From NCBI GenBank assembly GCA_014728045.1, contig WJMH01000015.1, positions 22,479-86,478 of the forward strand: a stretch of DNA of 64,000 nt. Reading direction: 5' to 3'. This DNA comes from Candidatus Omnitrophota bacterium (GTDB taxonomy: Bacteria > Omnitrophota > Gorgyraeia > Tantalellales > Tantalellaceae). The notes beneath the pieces are model-generated. The model ran no database searches and was not told where the DNA came from. It worked only from the letters and a program-made list of their open reading frames with translations. Shown here one piece after another: positions 47,601 through 56,059 of the stretch; position 1 is the stretch's first letter; the number at the start of each line of letters is the position of its first letter. The translations under genes and the position numbers were made by a program.

Positions 47601-48589
47601 ATACTGAGCAGGAGCGCCCATGCAGGCTGCGAGGCCAGAACCGAAGCGAGCGCTATCCCGCCTGCGGCGGTCGCGAAAGGCGCTGCGAACACGCTAAAAG
47701 CTCTTTTAAGATCCAGTCTGGTTCTCTCTTGCGCAGACAAGTTATAAATGTGACCAGCGGTAAAGACGCTCCCGGCGAGGATCAGCCCACTATAAAAAAG
47801 GCCGATCATGAGCGGTGGTGCGACGCAGCCGAACTTCCTCAGAAAGATAAGAACACCAAGTGGTAACCCCACCTTCAAAAGCTCTTCAGCGACCGGCGCA
47901 TGGAAAAAAGCGGAGTACCTCACCTTGAGCCTTGAAGCGACGAAGTCAAGAGAACTCGTATGAGGAGAGGTCCGGCCTTCTTCCTCCTGGGGCGGACTTC
48001 CAGGGACGTCCGGACCCGTACTTTCGCCGGGCTTCGGCGCGACCGACTCCCGTATAAGGCGTTCATCGCGCCCGTCATCCCCGTTCAGGATGATCTGCCG
48101 CGCAAGATACTCTCCTATCCTTTTCTGTTCTATCACCCTGCGTCCGGGGTTACTGCCTAGGGCATCTCTCAGCTTGGGATTGTAATAACGGATGATACAC
48201 AGCCCGAGGTCGATAACAAACTCTCCTTCTTCGGCTTCGTCTTTTATAACCGGCAAAGCCTCAAGAATGCGCACCGAAGTTTCGAGTTGATTTATCGCCT
48301 CTTGCGCGCGGTCTTTCATCCTGAAAATATTCCGGTTAAGAGGATCTCTCTCGCAAGCGGCAAGAGTGCCGGTAAGGTAGGCCATCACTGCAGAAACTTG
48401 GCCGGCGGGATCACTGATCAGCGTTCTTGGCTGCAACTGGTCACGGTTTGTTATCAGACCAGGATCGGCCCAGACCATACCCTGCCAGAGCAGCAGGACG
48501 CTCAGAAGTATCGATACGCATCTTATCGGATATATGTATTTCCGCGTTTTTATCATAGTATCATTATGATCATTTAATACAACATTCAT
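44681..48589 (-). CDS. giant membrane protein A' (1302 aa), paralog of A, function unknown
   Basis: Uninterrupted 3.9-kb ORF. The N-terminal ~180 aa and the C-terminal ~190 aa align with gene A (for example ...LVLTSKNNLEYYDRFEGRATLAGIDSSDLPEGAYLPVLETMLFAIG...MLARA versus ...LIVITSNKNTAYYSSFQGRSVIAGIDDSEFPEAAYLPLLDIMLFAIG...MLARA). Signal peptide and TM region present. An alternative start at ATG 48556 (MIKTRK..) gives a more canonical signal peptide. Confidence 0.85.
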   Translation of the reverse strand: MNVVLNDHNDTMIKTRKYIYPIRCVSILLSVLLLWQGMVWADPGLITNRDQLQPRTLISDPAGQVSAVMAYLTGTLAACERDPLNRNIFRMKDRAQEAINQLETSVRILEALPVIKDEAEEGEFVIDLGLCIIRYYNPKLRDALGSNPGRRVIEQKRIGEYLARQIILNGDDGRDERLIRESVAPKPGESTGPDVPGSPPQEEEGRTSPHTSSLDFVASRLKVRYSAFFHAPVAEELLKVGLPLGVLIFLRKFGCVAPPLMIGLFYSGLILAGSVFTAGHIYNLSAQERTRLDLKRAFSVFAAPFATAAGGIALASVLASQPAWALLLSMGWHLFVNLMVAFLRRSGMDGMYASFFKRGRDDDLVGFVMGLVPEGGLIAREYPRIKEVTKSTFGIDIDQHEYASLRARLALKSAGQSPRKTVESFSQFNLDPYRYPETVHEIALLCINVAAGHAAMNFRNFGFDAEHHEHLILDLAQHCASCDGESTSRHYKRFGLVERSHAVKIATLSAMQNGHGVALYFDQFGLDPTASRKELREVSGIAQIASRESPESVAVNFRNFGFDEEHHQEVILNLALSCARHNGRSTAVNFRKFGLRGRRHAESVARACAGENLEGTLRYFGQFGLDMDEKEALEFCRKAERDLIAELSSNTPDVPLYQRLCENGQNLMRIVDETYDLLDLSALSIGAQAYVKLLLLEEVASKEEISERFIARLKEEVIPGLMVLEKISKDYPAMGLDYHRSGRELLSAVDAEHSLRAKLVNYISRTRTPHELDRSVLKNNGERIIRLPPAPYPVMLLFAGQLENMRIIDARDFGITVSGDHMREGLFLFSLMYFAGARPVSRTSSGEVPGKPWIAAGRKGYAIDPWTGKRLGGDDPATGGTQTKFFLIGSNALMKRKLAMAFYLVTASSASTNGYGITDKELEKIYLDMKEQIGAFYREDLVVGKVNMDRLENVQLDEFLGRYVLNTDLVSTALETIDTGLRDDPEANDVVRLVNGNIHERFRDLVDAHIDRIRSHIFPEEVQRILDQAYRGDFKSVKQSVLSMCFSGPETSRRALELARYAYPVEYGKIRRAEEKQKASSRSLAASIIRNASRVINEIVNSLFAFSGKEKKVLIALDLDIGEGRVNSIMRDILEVLPDLEKNNKDLERFFRDLEIIKGEGGILARRVESLTDPEKGSVDPENLIVLTSKNNLEYYDRFEGRATLAGIDSSDLPEGAYLPVLETMLFAIGRHLGWDRQTLMECYRTIPNVISYDELSMIERDLLFGETRSAMVLRLIPDATSLGIERLRDIMENIKLMLARA
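46700..47290 (-). repeat. intragenic ~297-bp tandem repeats inside giant gene A'
   Basis: ATCAAATCCGAAATTCCGGAAATTCA(C/T)GGC recurs at 46901 and 47198. The encoded ~99-aa units each contain YFxQFGLD and NFRNFGFDxEHHxxxILxLAxxCA. Confidence 0.7.
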
Positions 48590-48722
48590 TACGCACAGGA
48601 AAATGACAAAGAATGCTTGTTATTACTTTTTTTTATCTTAACAGAGATAGTACTTTAGTACTATAACATTATAAAAGGTATAAATCAATGCTAAAGGTGC
48701 TTACTTTTTATTGTTTAACTCA
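48590..48722 (-). promoter_or_regulatory. AT-rich upstream island of giant gene A' (putative promoter region)
   Basis: 133-bp AT-rich spacer (..TTATCTTAACAGAGATAGTACTTTAGTACTATAACATTATAAAAGGTATAAATC..) between the radical-SAM gene stop and the A' start. Confidence 0.35.
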
Positions 48723-50051
48723 TCAGGCGGGTATATCGTGGGTATTCTTACCGGACAACAGCTTTGTATTAAGCTGCCTGGTGTATTCTTTGATCTTTTT
48801 GACCTGGCCCCATTCGGAGGCACAGAATGTGGGAAATATACTGTTATTCTGGTATAAAGGGTCCTTCTCATCAGCTGTAAAGCAGGGCGTCTTCGTTGAA
48901 CCCGGTACGGGTGAATATTCACTCAATGATACTTTCGCTCCCAGCGAATGCACGAGGTCCACGCTCCGCTTAACGTCACTGATGCTGGTTCCCGGCATGC
49001 CCAGCATCAGGTATACCGTGTACCTGCCTTTTCGGTAACCTGCCTTCCGGAGAGAGCCTATCGCTTTTCTCAGCTCCTCTACCGTGACTTTGTTATGCCA
49101 GGAGCGGGCCTTGTCGGGATCGGCGATCTCAAGGCTCAAGGTTGGATTAACGAACCCCGCCTTTTTCATGAGATCCGCTTTCCTCTGCGACATGAACCTT
49201 GCGTGCAGTCCGTTGGGGGTATAGAACCTCGCATCAAGCCCCGAACTTGTTATCCTTTCCAGGTATTGGACCAGGTAATCTCCCGCGAACAGGAGTGCGT
49301 CGTCATAAAATGCGAAGTTCCTTATGCCTCTTTCATAAAGAGCGCTGAACTCGCTGATGGCCGCCTGTTCCTCTTTTAACATGAAAGAGGGACCTAAGCG
49401 CTTCTGGGCGCAATAGGCGCAATCAAAGGGGCACCCGAGGGACAGCCTGAGAACCGCATACGCACTCCTCGGGTACCAGTCATAATCAATGGTCTTATCA
49501 AGAAGGTTCTGGAAGGAAAGATCATACCCTCCGCCCAAAAGCTCAGAAAGCTTATCCAGTTCACTGTTTGATATAACAATGTCCGCGCCGCTATTTAAAC
49601 GGGCGTGTTCGTATTCCAGCGTAGCATAAGTGCCTCCGAGCGCTATGGCAACTCCGGGGTATTCCATGCGCAGGAGTCTCACGGCCTCGAAAACCCCCGG
49701 ATACCAGTACGTCATGCCCGAGGAAAGAAGGATTAGGTCTATATCCTCTTCCGGCAGCGCCCCCAGGAAAGCTTCCACGGAAAGGCCGTACCTTTTGTAC
49801 TTTCTGGGTATCTTCTCCAGTATACCGGGCTTTTCTATTTCTTCCTCGCGGAACTTGCCCGTGCCATCCATATGATCCCTGGGTCTTTCATCAAGCCCCG
49901 GGTGATGCCTGTCGGTAGTATCCACCATGAAAAGACGCAGCCCTTTCTCTTTCAGGACCGCGGATATCTTCAAGAGCCCCCAGGGTTTAAGCCACAGGTC
50001 ATAAGCCGCAAAATCATATATCCAGGGGTTTACAAGCAGGATATTCCTCAT
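48723..50051 (-). CDS. B12-binding-domain radical SAM protein
   Basis: 442 aa. N-terminal B12-binding-like Rossmann region, then CxxxCxxC (CPFDCAYC). Confidence 0.7.
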   Translation of the reverse strand: MRNILLVNPWIYDFAAYDLWLKPWGLLKISAVLKEKGLRLFMVDTTDRHHPGLDERPRDHMDGTGKFREEEIEKPGILEKIPRKYKRYGLSVEAFLGALPEEDIDLILLSSGMTYWYPGVFEAVRLLRMEYPGVAIALGGTYATLEYEHARLNSGADIVISNSELDKLSELLGGGYDLSFQNLLDKTIDYDWYPRSAYAVLRLSLGCPFDCAYCAQKRLGPSFMLKEEQAAISEFSALYERGIRNFAFYDDALLFAGDYLVQYLERITSSGLDARFYTPNGLHARFMSQRKADLMKKAGFVNPTLSLEIADPDKARSWHNKVTVEELRKAIGSLRKAGYRKGRYTVYLMLGMPGTSISDVKRSVDLVHSLGAKVSLSEYSPVPGSTKTPCFTADEKDPLYQNNSIFPTFCASEWGQVKKIKEYTRQLNTKLLSGKNTHDIPA

Positions 50052-50596
50052 AAACGGCTCGTAGAGTAAGATTTTTTAATATGTTCGGAAATGCGCCTGA
50101 GGAAGTAGCCCAGAAAGATCCCCACGAACGCGCCGGCAATGACATCTGAGGGATAATGCACGCCAAGATACACCCTGGAGAACGCGGAAGCCGAAGCCAG
50201 TAGGTAAAAAAGCGCGGAAGAGCGCCTGAAGTTAGCCCCCAGTATATATGCGGCCATAAAGGCCATGGAAGCGTGAGCGGAAGGAAAGCTGAACCCACTG
50301 GTCGTGAAAAGCGTGTTAACCTCGGCCAGGGACATGAAAGGCCTGGGGCGGCCTATTATCATCTTAAGCAGGTAGACGGTCTGGTAGGTCAGGGTAACTC
50401 CCGCCATGAGGATCACACCGGTCATCTTTACATCCCTGCGCTTTACGAAAAGCATCAGTAATGCCACAACGAATATGATCCTGCCGCCTCCTATTTCTGT
50501 GATATACGGCATTACCATGTCAAGAAAAAGCGTCTTGCAGTCCCTGTTGATGAAGTAAAATACCGCCGTATCGATACTCTTTAAAAATTCCGTCAT
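50048..50596 (-). CDS. PAP2-family phosphatase (membrane)
   Basis: 182 aa. PAP2 motifs KxxxxxxRP (IGRPRP), PSAH (SFPSAH), SRxxxxxHxxxD (SRVYLGVHYPSD). Confidence 0.75.
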   Translation of the reverse strand: MTEFLKSIDTAVFYFINRDCKTLFLDMVMPYITEIGGGRIIFVVALLMLFVKRRDVKMTGVILMAGVTLTYQTVYLLKMIIGRPRPFMSLAEVNTLFTTSGFSFPSAHASMAFMAAYILGANFRRSSALFYLLASASAFSRVYLGVHYPSDVIAGAFVGIFLGYFLRRISEHIKKSYSTSRL

Positions 50597-51072
50597 GCGC
50601 CTTCCCCCATTCTCTTTCTGATGGCTTTTTCAAGCTCTTCCACCGAATCCAGGCGGCAGACACCCTCGATATCCCATGTCCCGAAACCGTAGACCGGTAT
50701 CTTAGCGTTAAGAGCGAAAGCTATCTCTGAAAGCGTGCCGTACCTTCCCGGAAGGGCCACCACCATATCGGGCGTGCCGGCGACCAGCGTGTTACGCGAG
50801 TAGCCCATGCCGGTGGCGATAACGATATCAACACACTTATTCGCCTCGGACTTATCCTCCCCGGGGATTATCCCCAAGGTAAGTCCGCCTTTTCCTTTCG
50901 CACCGCGGCAGGCAGCTTCCATGATGCCGCCGAGGCCCCCGCAGACAAGCACGGCGTCTTCTTCGGCTATTGTCTCTCCTATCTGCCGTGCCAGTTCTGC
51001 GATATCCCCGTCGCATTCATGCCCGCCGATGACCGAAACCATGAACCTTCTCATTATCTTCCTTTCTTTCAT
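50593..51072 (-). CDS. TIGR00725/LOG-family Rossmann-fold protein
   Basis: 159 aa; VSVIGG...VLVCGGLGGIMEAACRGA..GIIPG, typical of the LOG / TIGR00725 family. Confidence 0.65.
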   Translation of the reverse strand: MKERKIMRRFMVSVIGGHECDGDIAELARQIGETIAEEDAVLVCGGLGGIMEAACRGAKGKGGLTLGIIPGEDKSEANKCVDIVIATGMGYSRNTLVAGTPDMVVALPGRYGTLSEIAFALNAKIPVYGFGTWDIEGVCRLDSVEELEKAIRKRMGEGA

Positions 51073-51893
51073 ATACCATGTTTTTTCAAAAAAGAATCGA
51101 TCCCATCCCTGAAATCCGGATCATCGTACAATGGGTCGTTATGCCCTCCCTCTACGGTCAGAAGTTCCTTCGGCGGAAGTGCTTTACTGAAAAGTCTTTC
51201 ACCGTGGGAATAAGGCACGATCTCATCGGTTTTGCTGTACACGAAGAGCTTGGGGCATTTAACCAGGCCGATCTTGGAGGATGCGTCGAACTTCTGCGTT
51301 ATGAATTTCCCCAGGGGCAGAAAAGGATATATCTCCCGGGCCATATCCGGCGTTGAAGTAAAAGCGCTGTTGGCAATAAGGATATCGGCATCCACCCCGA
51401 CCGCCAGGTCGATGGCAACGTTCCCGCCGATGGATTTTCCGTATAGAACGATACGGTGCGCGCCGAGGTCTTTCTCTTTCGCAAGATAGCTGTATGCCCC
51501 CTCGGCGTCCAGGTACAGGCCCTCCTCGCTCGGGCTTCCCGAGCTTTTCCCGTACCCGCGATAATCGAATATGAAAACGTCAAGCCCCATCCGGTGGAAC
51601 ATCTGCATGATCCCCAACCTGTGGCTTATGTTGCCCGCGTTCCCGTGGCATATGAGGACCGCCGCCCTTGCGCTTCCCCGGGCGGGAATGAACCACCCGT
51701 TCAGGCTGACACCGTCAGCCGCGGTAAAATCCACCTCTTGGTAACTAAGACCGACGGACGCTGGAGTGGCATCCATCTGGCGTGTGGGAAAGTAGATATT
51801 GCTTCTTTCGAACCACTTTAAATAGAGGTAAAATAAAGCGGCCAGTATTATGGCAATGGCTATGTAATAGATGAATCTGCCTGCAGGAGACAT
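51069..51893 (-). CDS. alpha/beta-fold hydrolase, membrane-anchored
   Basis: 274 aa from ATG 51893 (MSPAGRFIYY.., preceded by GGAGGG). N-terminal TM helix and a nucleophile elbow GKSIGG. The ORF-track extension to 51998 lacks an SD. Confidence 0.7.
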   Translation of the reverse strand: MSPAGRFIYYIAIAIILAALFYLYLKWFERSNIYFPTRQMDATPASVGLSYQEVDFTAADGVSLNGWFIPARGSARAAVLICHGNAGNISHRLGIMQMFHRMGLDVFIFDYRGYGKSSGSPSEEGLYLDAEGAYSYLAKEKDLGAHRIVLYGKSIGGNVAIDLAVGVDADILIANSAFTSTPDMAREIYPFLPLGKFITQKFDASSKIGLVKCPKLFVYSKTDEIVPYSHGERLFSKALPPKELLTVEGGHNDPLYDDPDFRDGIDSFLKKHGI

Positions 51894-51982
51894 TAAAACC
51901 TCTTTCCCTCCGTTACCGGCCAACCCGCCGGAAATAAACACTCGCTTTGCGATAACGCGTATTTTTATTATATAATAAAGGC

Positions 51983-52819
51983 ATGATGAGACAAACATTC
52001 TTTTCGGTCATAATACCCACTTTCAACAGGCATGATCTGCTCAAAAAAGCCGTTGATTCGGTCCTGGATCAGACGTTCGGGGATTTGGAGCTGGTCATCG
52101 TCGATGACGGTTCAAGTGACGGTACCGAGCACCTCATACGCGGATACACCGACAGGCGCATAATTTATCTTCGGCAGGATAATGAAGGCGTTTCCCGCGC
52201 CCGCAACAGGGGCCTGGAACTGGCTGCCGGGCGTTATATCGCTTTTCTGGATTCGGACGACCGTTGGGTAAGCGAGAAGCTCAACAGAGCAGTCGACTAC
52301 ATTAACCGCTTCCCGGAAATAAAGATATTCCATACCGAAGAGATATGGTACCGCAAGGGAAAGCTTCTTAACCAGAAGAAAAAACACAAAAAACCCACCG
52401 GCAGTGTCTATCTCAAAGCCCTGCCTCTTTGCTGCATAAGCATTTCTACGGCGGTCATCGAAAGGGAGGTCTTCCGAAGGGTCGGGAATTTCGACGAGAA
52501 CCTGGAAGCTTGTGAAGACTACGATTTCTGGCTGAGGGCCACCAGTATCTATCCCGTCAAACTCATACCAGAATATCTTACCGTCAAGGACGGGGGCAGA
52601 CCGGACCAGCTTTCCTCGAGCGTATGGGGTCTGGACAGGTACAGGATAAGGGCCCTTGAAAAAATGCTGGATGCGGACGTGTTGTCTGATGCTTACCACG
52701 AGGCGACACTTGATGAACTTCGCGACAAGTGCAGGGTTTTTTCCGCAGGAGCGCTAAAGCGCGGCAATAAAGAAGCCGCCGGATATTACGCACGCCTTAC
52801 TGAAAAATATGAAACCTGA
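51983..52819 (+). CDS. GT2-family glycosyltransferase
   Basis: 278 aa. VIIPTFN and DDGSSDGT motifs, DSDD (DxD). Confidence 0.8.
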   Translation: MMRQTFFSVIIPTFNRHDLLKKAVDSVLDQTFGDLELVIVDDGSSDGTEHLIRGYTDRRIIYLRQDNEGVSRARNRGLELAAGRYIAFLDSDDRWVSEKLNRAVDYINRFPEIKIFHTEEIWYRKGKLLNQKKKHKKPTGSVYLKALPLCCISISTAVIEREVFRRVGNFDENLEACEDYDFWLRATSIYPVKLIPEYLTVKDGGRPDQLSSSVWGLDRYRIRALEKMLDADVLSDAYHEATLDELRDKCRVFSAGALKRGNKEAAGYYARLTEKYET

Positions 52820-52833
52820 TAAAATAAGCTCGC

Positions 52834-52869
52834 AAAAAAAACAGGGGCGGACATGACCGTCCGCCCCTG
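52834..52869 (-). terminator. rho-independent terminator (fba; also serves the convergent GT2 gene)
   Basis: Perfect 11-bp stem CAGGGGCGGAC / GTCCGCCCCTG with a 6-nt loop. It is flanked by an A8 run on the plus strand, which is U8 on the minus-strand transcript. Confidence 0.7.
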
Positions 52870-52892
52870 TGTGATCTTGCCCTCCGGGCTAC

Positions 52893-53864
52893 TTACGCCT
52901 TGCCCGCGCTTCCCAGGACGTTCTCATTCTTGTGCTTGTACATCTTGATGAGTTCGTCCCTGGCCGGACCGAGGTATTTCCTCGGATCGAACTCTTCCGG
53001 CTTGGTGGCTAGGACTTCGCGAACCTTGGCGGTCATGGCCAGCCTGCCGTCGGAATCAATGTTTATCTTACATACCGCCGACTGTGTAGCTTTTCTGAGC
53101 TGGTCTTCCGGAACACCGCAGGCGTTCTCCAGTTTACCGCCGTAACGGTTTATTATATCCACGTATTCGGGTATAACCGAACTGGCCCCGTGGAGCACTA
53201 TCGGGAACCCGGGTATCCTCTTCTCCACCTCTTCAAGTATATCGAACCTGAGCGGTGGAACCTCTTCGCCTGGTTTTAGCTTGAATTTGTAAGCTCCGTG
53301 GGATGTGCCGATGGATATGGCCAGGCTGTCCACCCCGGTCTTTGCAACGAACTCCTCGACCTCCTCGGGTTTCGTGTAATGGCTCACCTCATGCTGTACT
53401 TCATCCTCTATCCCCGCCAGCACCCCGAGCTCCCCCTCTACCGAAACGCCGTGCTTATGGGCATAATCAACGACCTTCTTCGTCAACGTTATATTATCCT
53501 CGAATGAATGGGACGAGCCGTCTATCATGACCGAAGAAAAACCGGTCTCTATGCAGGATACGCATAATTCAAAGGAATCCCCGTGGTCCAGGTGCAGAGC
53601 GACAGGGATATTCGCCCCCGCTTCTTTAACAAGGTCCATCGCACCGTTCGCCAGGTGCCTCAGAAGCGTCTGGTTGGCGTACTTCCGGGCGCCGGAAGAT
53701 ACCTGTAGGATAACGGGCGAGGCGGTCTCTATACATGCAGTCATTATGGCCTGAAGCTGCTCCAGGTTATTGAAATTATAACCCGGAACGGCGTATTTGC
53801 CGTCAATTGCCTTTACATACATCTCTTTAGTGGGAGTTAGACCAAGATCCTTGTAGCTATGCAT
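52893..53864 (-). CDS. fba: class II fructose-bisphosphate aldolase
   Basis: 323 aa. The N-terminus and the HLDHG metal-binding motif are typical of class II FBA. Confidence 0.9.
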   Translation of the reverse strand: MHSYKDLGLTPTKEMYVKAIDGKYAVPGYNFNNLEQLQAIMTACIETASPVILQVSSGARKYANQTLLRHLANGAMDLVKEAGANIPVALHLDHGDSFELCVSCIETGFSSVMIDGSSHSFEDNITLTKKVVDYAHKHGVSVEGELGVLAGIEDEVQHEVSHYTKPEEVEEFVAKTGVDSLAISIGTSHGAYKFKLKPGEEVPPLRFDILEEVEKRIPGFPIVLHGASSVIPEYVDIINRYGGKLENACGVPEDQLRKATQSAVCKINIDSDGRLAMTAKVREVLATKPEEFDPRKYLGPARDELIKMYKHKNENVLGSAGKA

Positions 53865-54016
53865 TTTTCATCACCTTTCCTTACCGTGTTAATTATGGTT
53901 GAACAAGAACAGATTTTAGAGGTTTATTTTATCAAGATTCTGCCTTATTACAAGAGAAAAATCAGGGTCAGGGCATCTTCAGAGGCCCTTGATGAGAGGA
54001 TAATACCGCTTCAAGC

Positions 54017-54760
54017 TTAATGGACCTCTGCGGTCATCCTCCCCTTGAACGGGTTAGTCCGCATCGCCAGTGAAAATAGATACGGGTACGACTTCGAGAG
54101 GTGTCTCATATAATCTATCCATTCATATAAAAGCTGCCCGTACGCCCGTTCAACGTCCCCCGCCAGGTGTTCAAGATCGGTTTCCGGGACTTCGGCGAGA
54201 TCATCCCTGTGCTGGAGTTCCTCCGCCAGATGGAAGACCGCCCAGAGAAGATCGGTGAACGAGTCATGTTCAAGAAGGTTCGGATTGGCCAGAAGGTTCA
54301 TTAAAAGGTTCCTTTTACCGGATAAAAGGTCCCGAACCTCCACCAGTTCGCCGGCGTTAACCGAAAGGCTGAACCCGTGCTGGGAAACAAGTTTTTTCGC
54401 TGAGTCAAAATCCCCGTGTGTCCATTCCGAATCCGGTCTCAGCGCCTTCTTCAGAGCCTCCGAATCCCGGTCAAACCCGGAAAAGATCCTCAAAAGGTCT
54501 GTCCCCACGTCACTGAAGAAGGTGCCGATGAGCATGTTCATCTTGTTGAGCAGGTGCCTCTTCTCGCGTTTCTCCAGGAGATGGTGTATTATCAGCGTAA
54601 CGAGCAGGACCTCCACCGGGACGAACGCGATATCCCCTAACAGGTATATGAAGATATGGTGGGCATCATGGAATATCCTGAAGTGGGTGTAATACAAGGC
54701 CGCTGAAAGCGCGATAAGAGCCAGCGCCATGCCGACCCGCCAGTTGAATATCCTTTTCAT
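54017..54760 (-). CDS. membrane protein with cytoplasmic helical domain, function unknown
   Basis: 247 aa. Two N-terminal TM helices with His-rich HHIFIYLL / IIHHLL, then a soluble domain with no recognisable motifs. Confidence 0.45.
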   Translation of the reverse strand: MKRIFNWRVGMALALIALSAALYYTHFRIFHDAHHIFIYLLGDIAFVPVEVLLVTLIIHHLLEKREKRHLLNKMNMLIGTFFSDVGTDLLRIFSGFDRDSEALKKALRPDSEWTHGDFDSAKKLVSQHGFSLSVNAGELVEVRDLLSGKRNLLMNLLANPNLLEHDSFTDLLWAVFHLAEELQHRDDLAEVPETDLEHLAGDVERAYGQLLYEWIDYMRHLSKSYPYLFSLAMRTNPFKGRMTAEVH

Positions 54761-54812
54761 CTGAATGCCTCCGTATATATCGTTCTGTGGGCGTCCTTCA
54801 GTTACGGACGGT

Positions 54813-55154
54813 TCAATCGCCCCTGATCATAACAAGCATCATCTTGAGCCTGCTCGCTGCTTTTACTGAATGTGGCCTGTTGGCGGGCATGATTATGATC
54901 TGGCCTTTTTTAAGATCATGTTTTTCTGAAGATATGACCACTTCTCCGGTTCCTTCTATGACTCCTACCAGCGCGTCGAACGGAGCGGTATGTTCGCTCA
55001 GCCCCTCACCCGCTTCAAAAGCGAACACGCTGACCGTCCCTTCGGGCTTGTCTATAAGCGTACGGCTGACCACAGCTCCGGGCTGGTAGTCAATGACCTC
55101 CGCCAGATCGAGCGCTCTGGAGCTGAGAGGTTCTTTGTTATTATCTGATATCAT
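54813..55154 (-). CDS. cupin-domain protein
   Basis: 113 aa small-barrel cupin pattern (G..xxH..xxE..G..P...H). Confidence 0.6.
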   Translation of the reverse strand: MISDNNKEPLSSRALDLAEVIDYQPGAVVSRTLIDKPEGTVSVFAFEAGEGLSEHTAPFDALVGVIEGTGEVVISSEKHDLKKGQIIIMPANRPHSVKAASRLKMMLVMIRGD

Positions 55155-55169
55155 TATTCCACCTCCTGG

Positions 55170-55595
55170 TCATACCTCGCCGGTAAAGTCCGGGCCTTTT
55201 TTAAGAAGCGACCTGATCGTGATACTTTTCATCTCACGGGTAATGATCCTTTCCAGCTCATCCAGCTTCTTTTTGAGGAAACAAGTCTCTATGAACTGGC
55301 ATGTCTTGCCCTTGAAAAGGTGCTCGCTTATACTGAAGGGTCCCTGGAAGACCCTCATGACCGAGTAAACGCTGATCTTTTCAGGCGCAAGCGCCAGGGT
55401 AAACCCCCCGCCGCGCCCTTTTGAAGAATCAAGCAAACCCTCTTTATTGAGCTTCTGGAGTATCTTCCTCAGAAACGGCCTCTGCATGTCCAGCTTCCCC
55501 GTGAGGTCCCTTACCGAAAGCGTCTTCTCCCTCGCCCCGGCGATACAGCAGAGCGCGCGGATAGCATAATCTGTGTCTCTTGTTATCAGTTTCAT
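55170..55595 (-). CDS. Rrf2-family transcriptional regulator
   Basis: 141 aa. N-terminal wHTH (TDYAIRALCCIAG..) and GRGGGFTLA typical of Rrf2/IscR/NsrR. Only one Cys in the C-terminal half, so probably not a Fe-S-binding member. Confidence 0.8.
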   Translation of the reverse strand: MKLITRDTDYAIRALCCIAGAREKTLSVRDLTGKLDMQRPFLRKILQKLNKEGLLDSSKGRGGGFTLALAPEKISVYSVMRVFQGPFSISEHLFKGKTCQFIETCFLKKKLDELERIITREMKSITIRSLLKKGPDFTGEV

Positions 55596-55620
55596 GATAT
55601 TTTGTGGCCATAACGCCTTA

Positions 55621-56049
55621 TCAGCGCTTCTTGCCGCCGACCTTGTCGATTTCCCTGGAGACCACCTTCATGGTGCCGTCATCTTCTATCTCAACGTACA
55701 CGCTGACCTTAAGCTGTTCATTGTTGTCAAGGTCCCGGAATATAGCGCTTGAATAGTAGTACTCTTTCTCCTCACCCTCGACCGTCACAAGGGTCTTGCT
55801 GACGCCCTTATTAAATTTAAGCACGTAAAGCCTTCTCTGGCGTTCTATCCTGGGATCGTATACTGTGAAAAAACCATTTTCCCGCTGTTCTGAGACAACA
55901 CGGTCCCTTATGAAATCCTGGACCTTTTGGGGCACGGGCTCTGTCTCCTGCCGAGGGTAATATAATCTGTAATCCACCGCCAGAGCACCGCGCAGAAGCA
56001 TGAGTGTCATAAATGCGACCACAGCAAAGAAAAAGGTCCTCTTGAGCAT
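55621..56049 (-). CDS. secreted protein, function unknown
   Basis: 142 aa from ATG 56049 (MLKRTFFFAVVAF.., preceded by AGGAGG). Signal peptide. Confidence 0.45.
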   Translation of the reverse strand: MLKRTFFFAVVAFMTLMLLRGALAVDYRLYYPRQETEPVPQKVQDFIRDRVVSEQRENGFFTVYDPRIERQRRLYVLKFNKGVSKTLVTVEGEEKEYYYSSAIFRDLDNNEQLKVSVYVEIEDDGTMKVVSREIDKVGGKKR

Positions 56050-56059
56050 GTTCAGCCTC

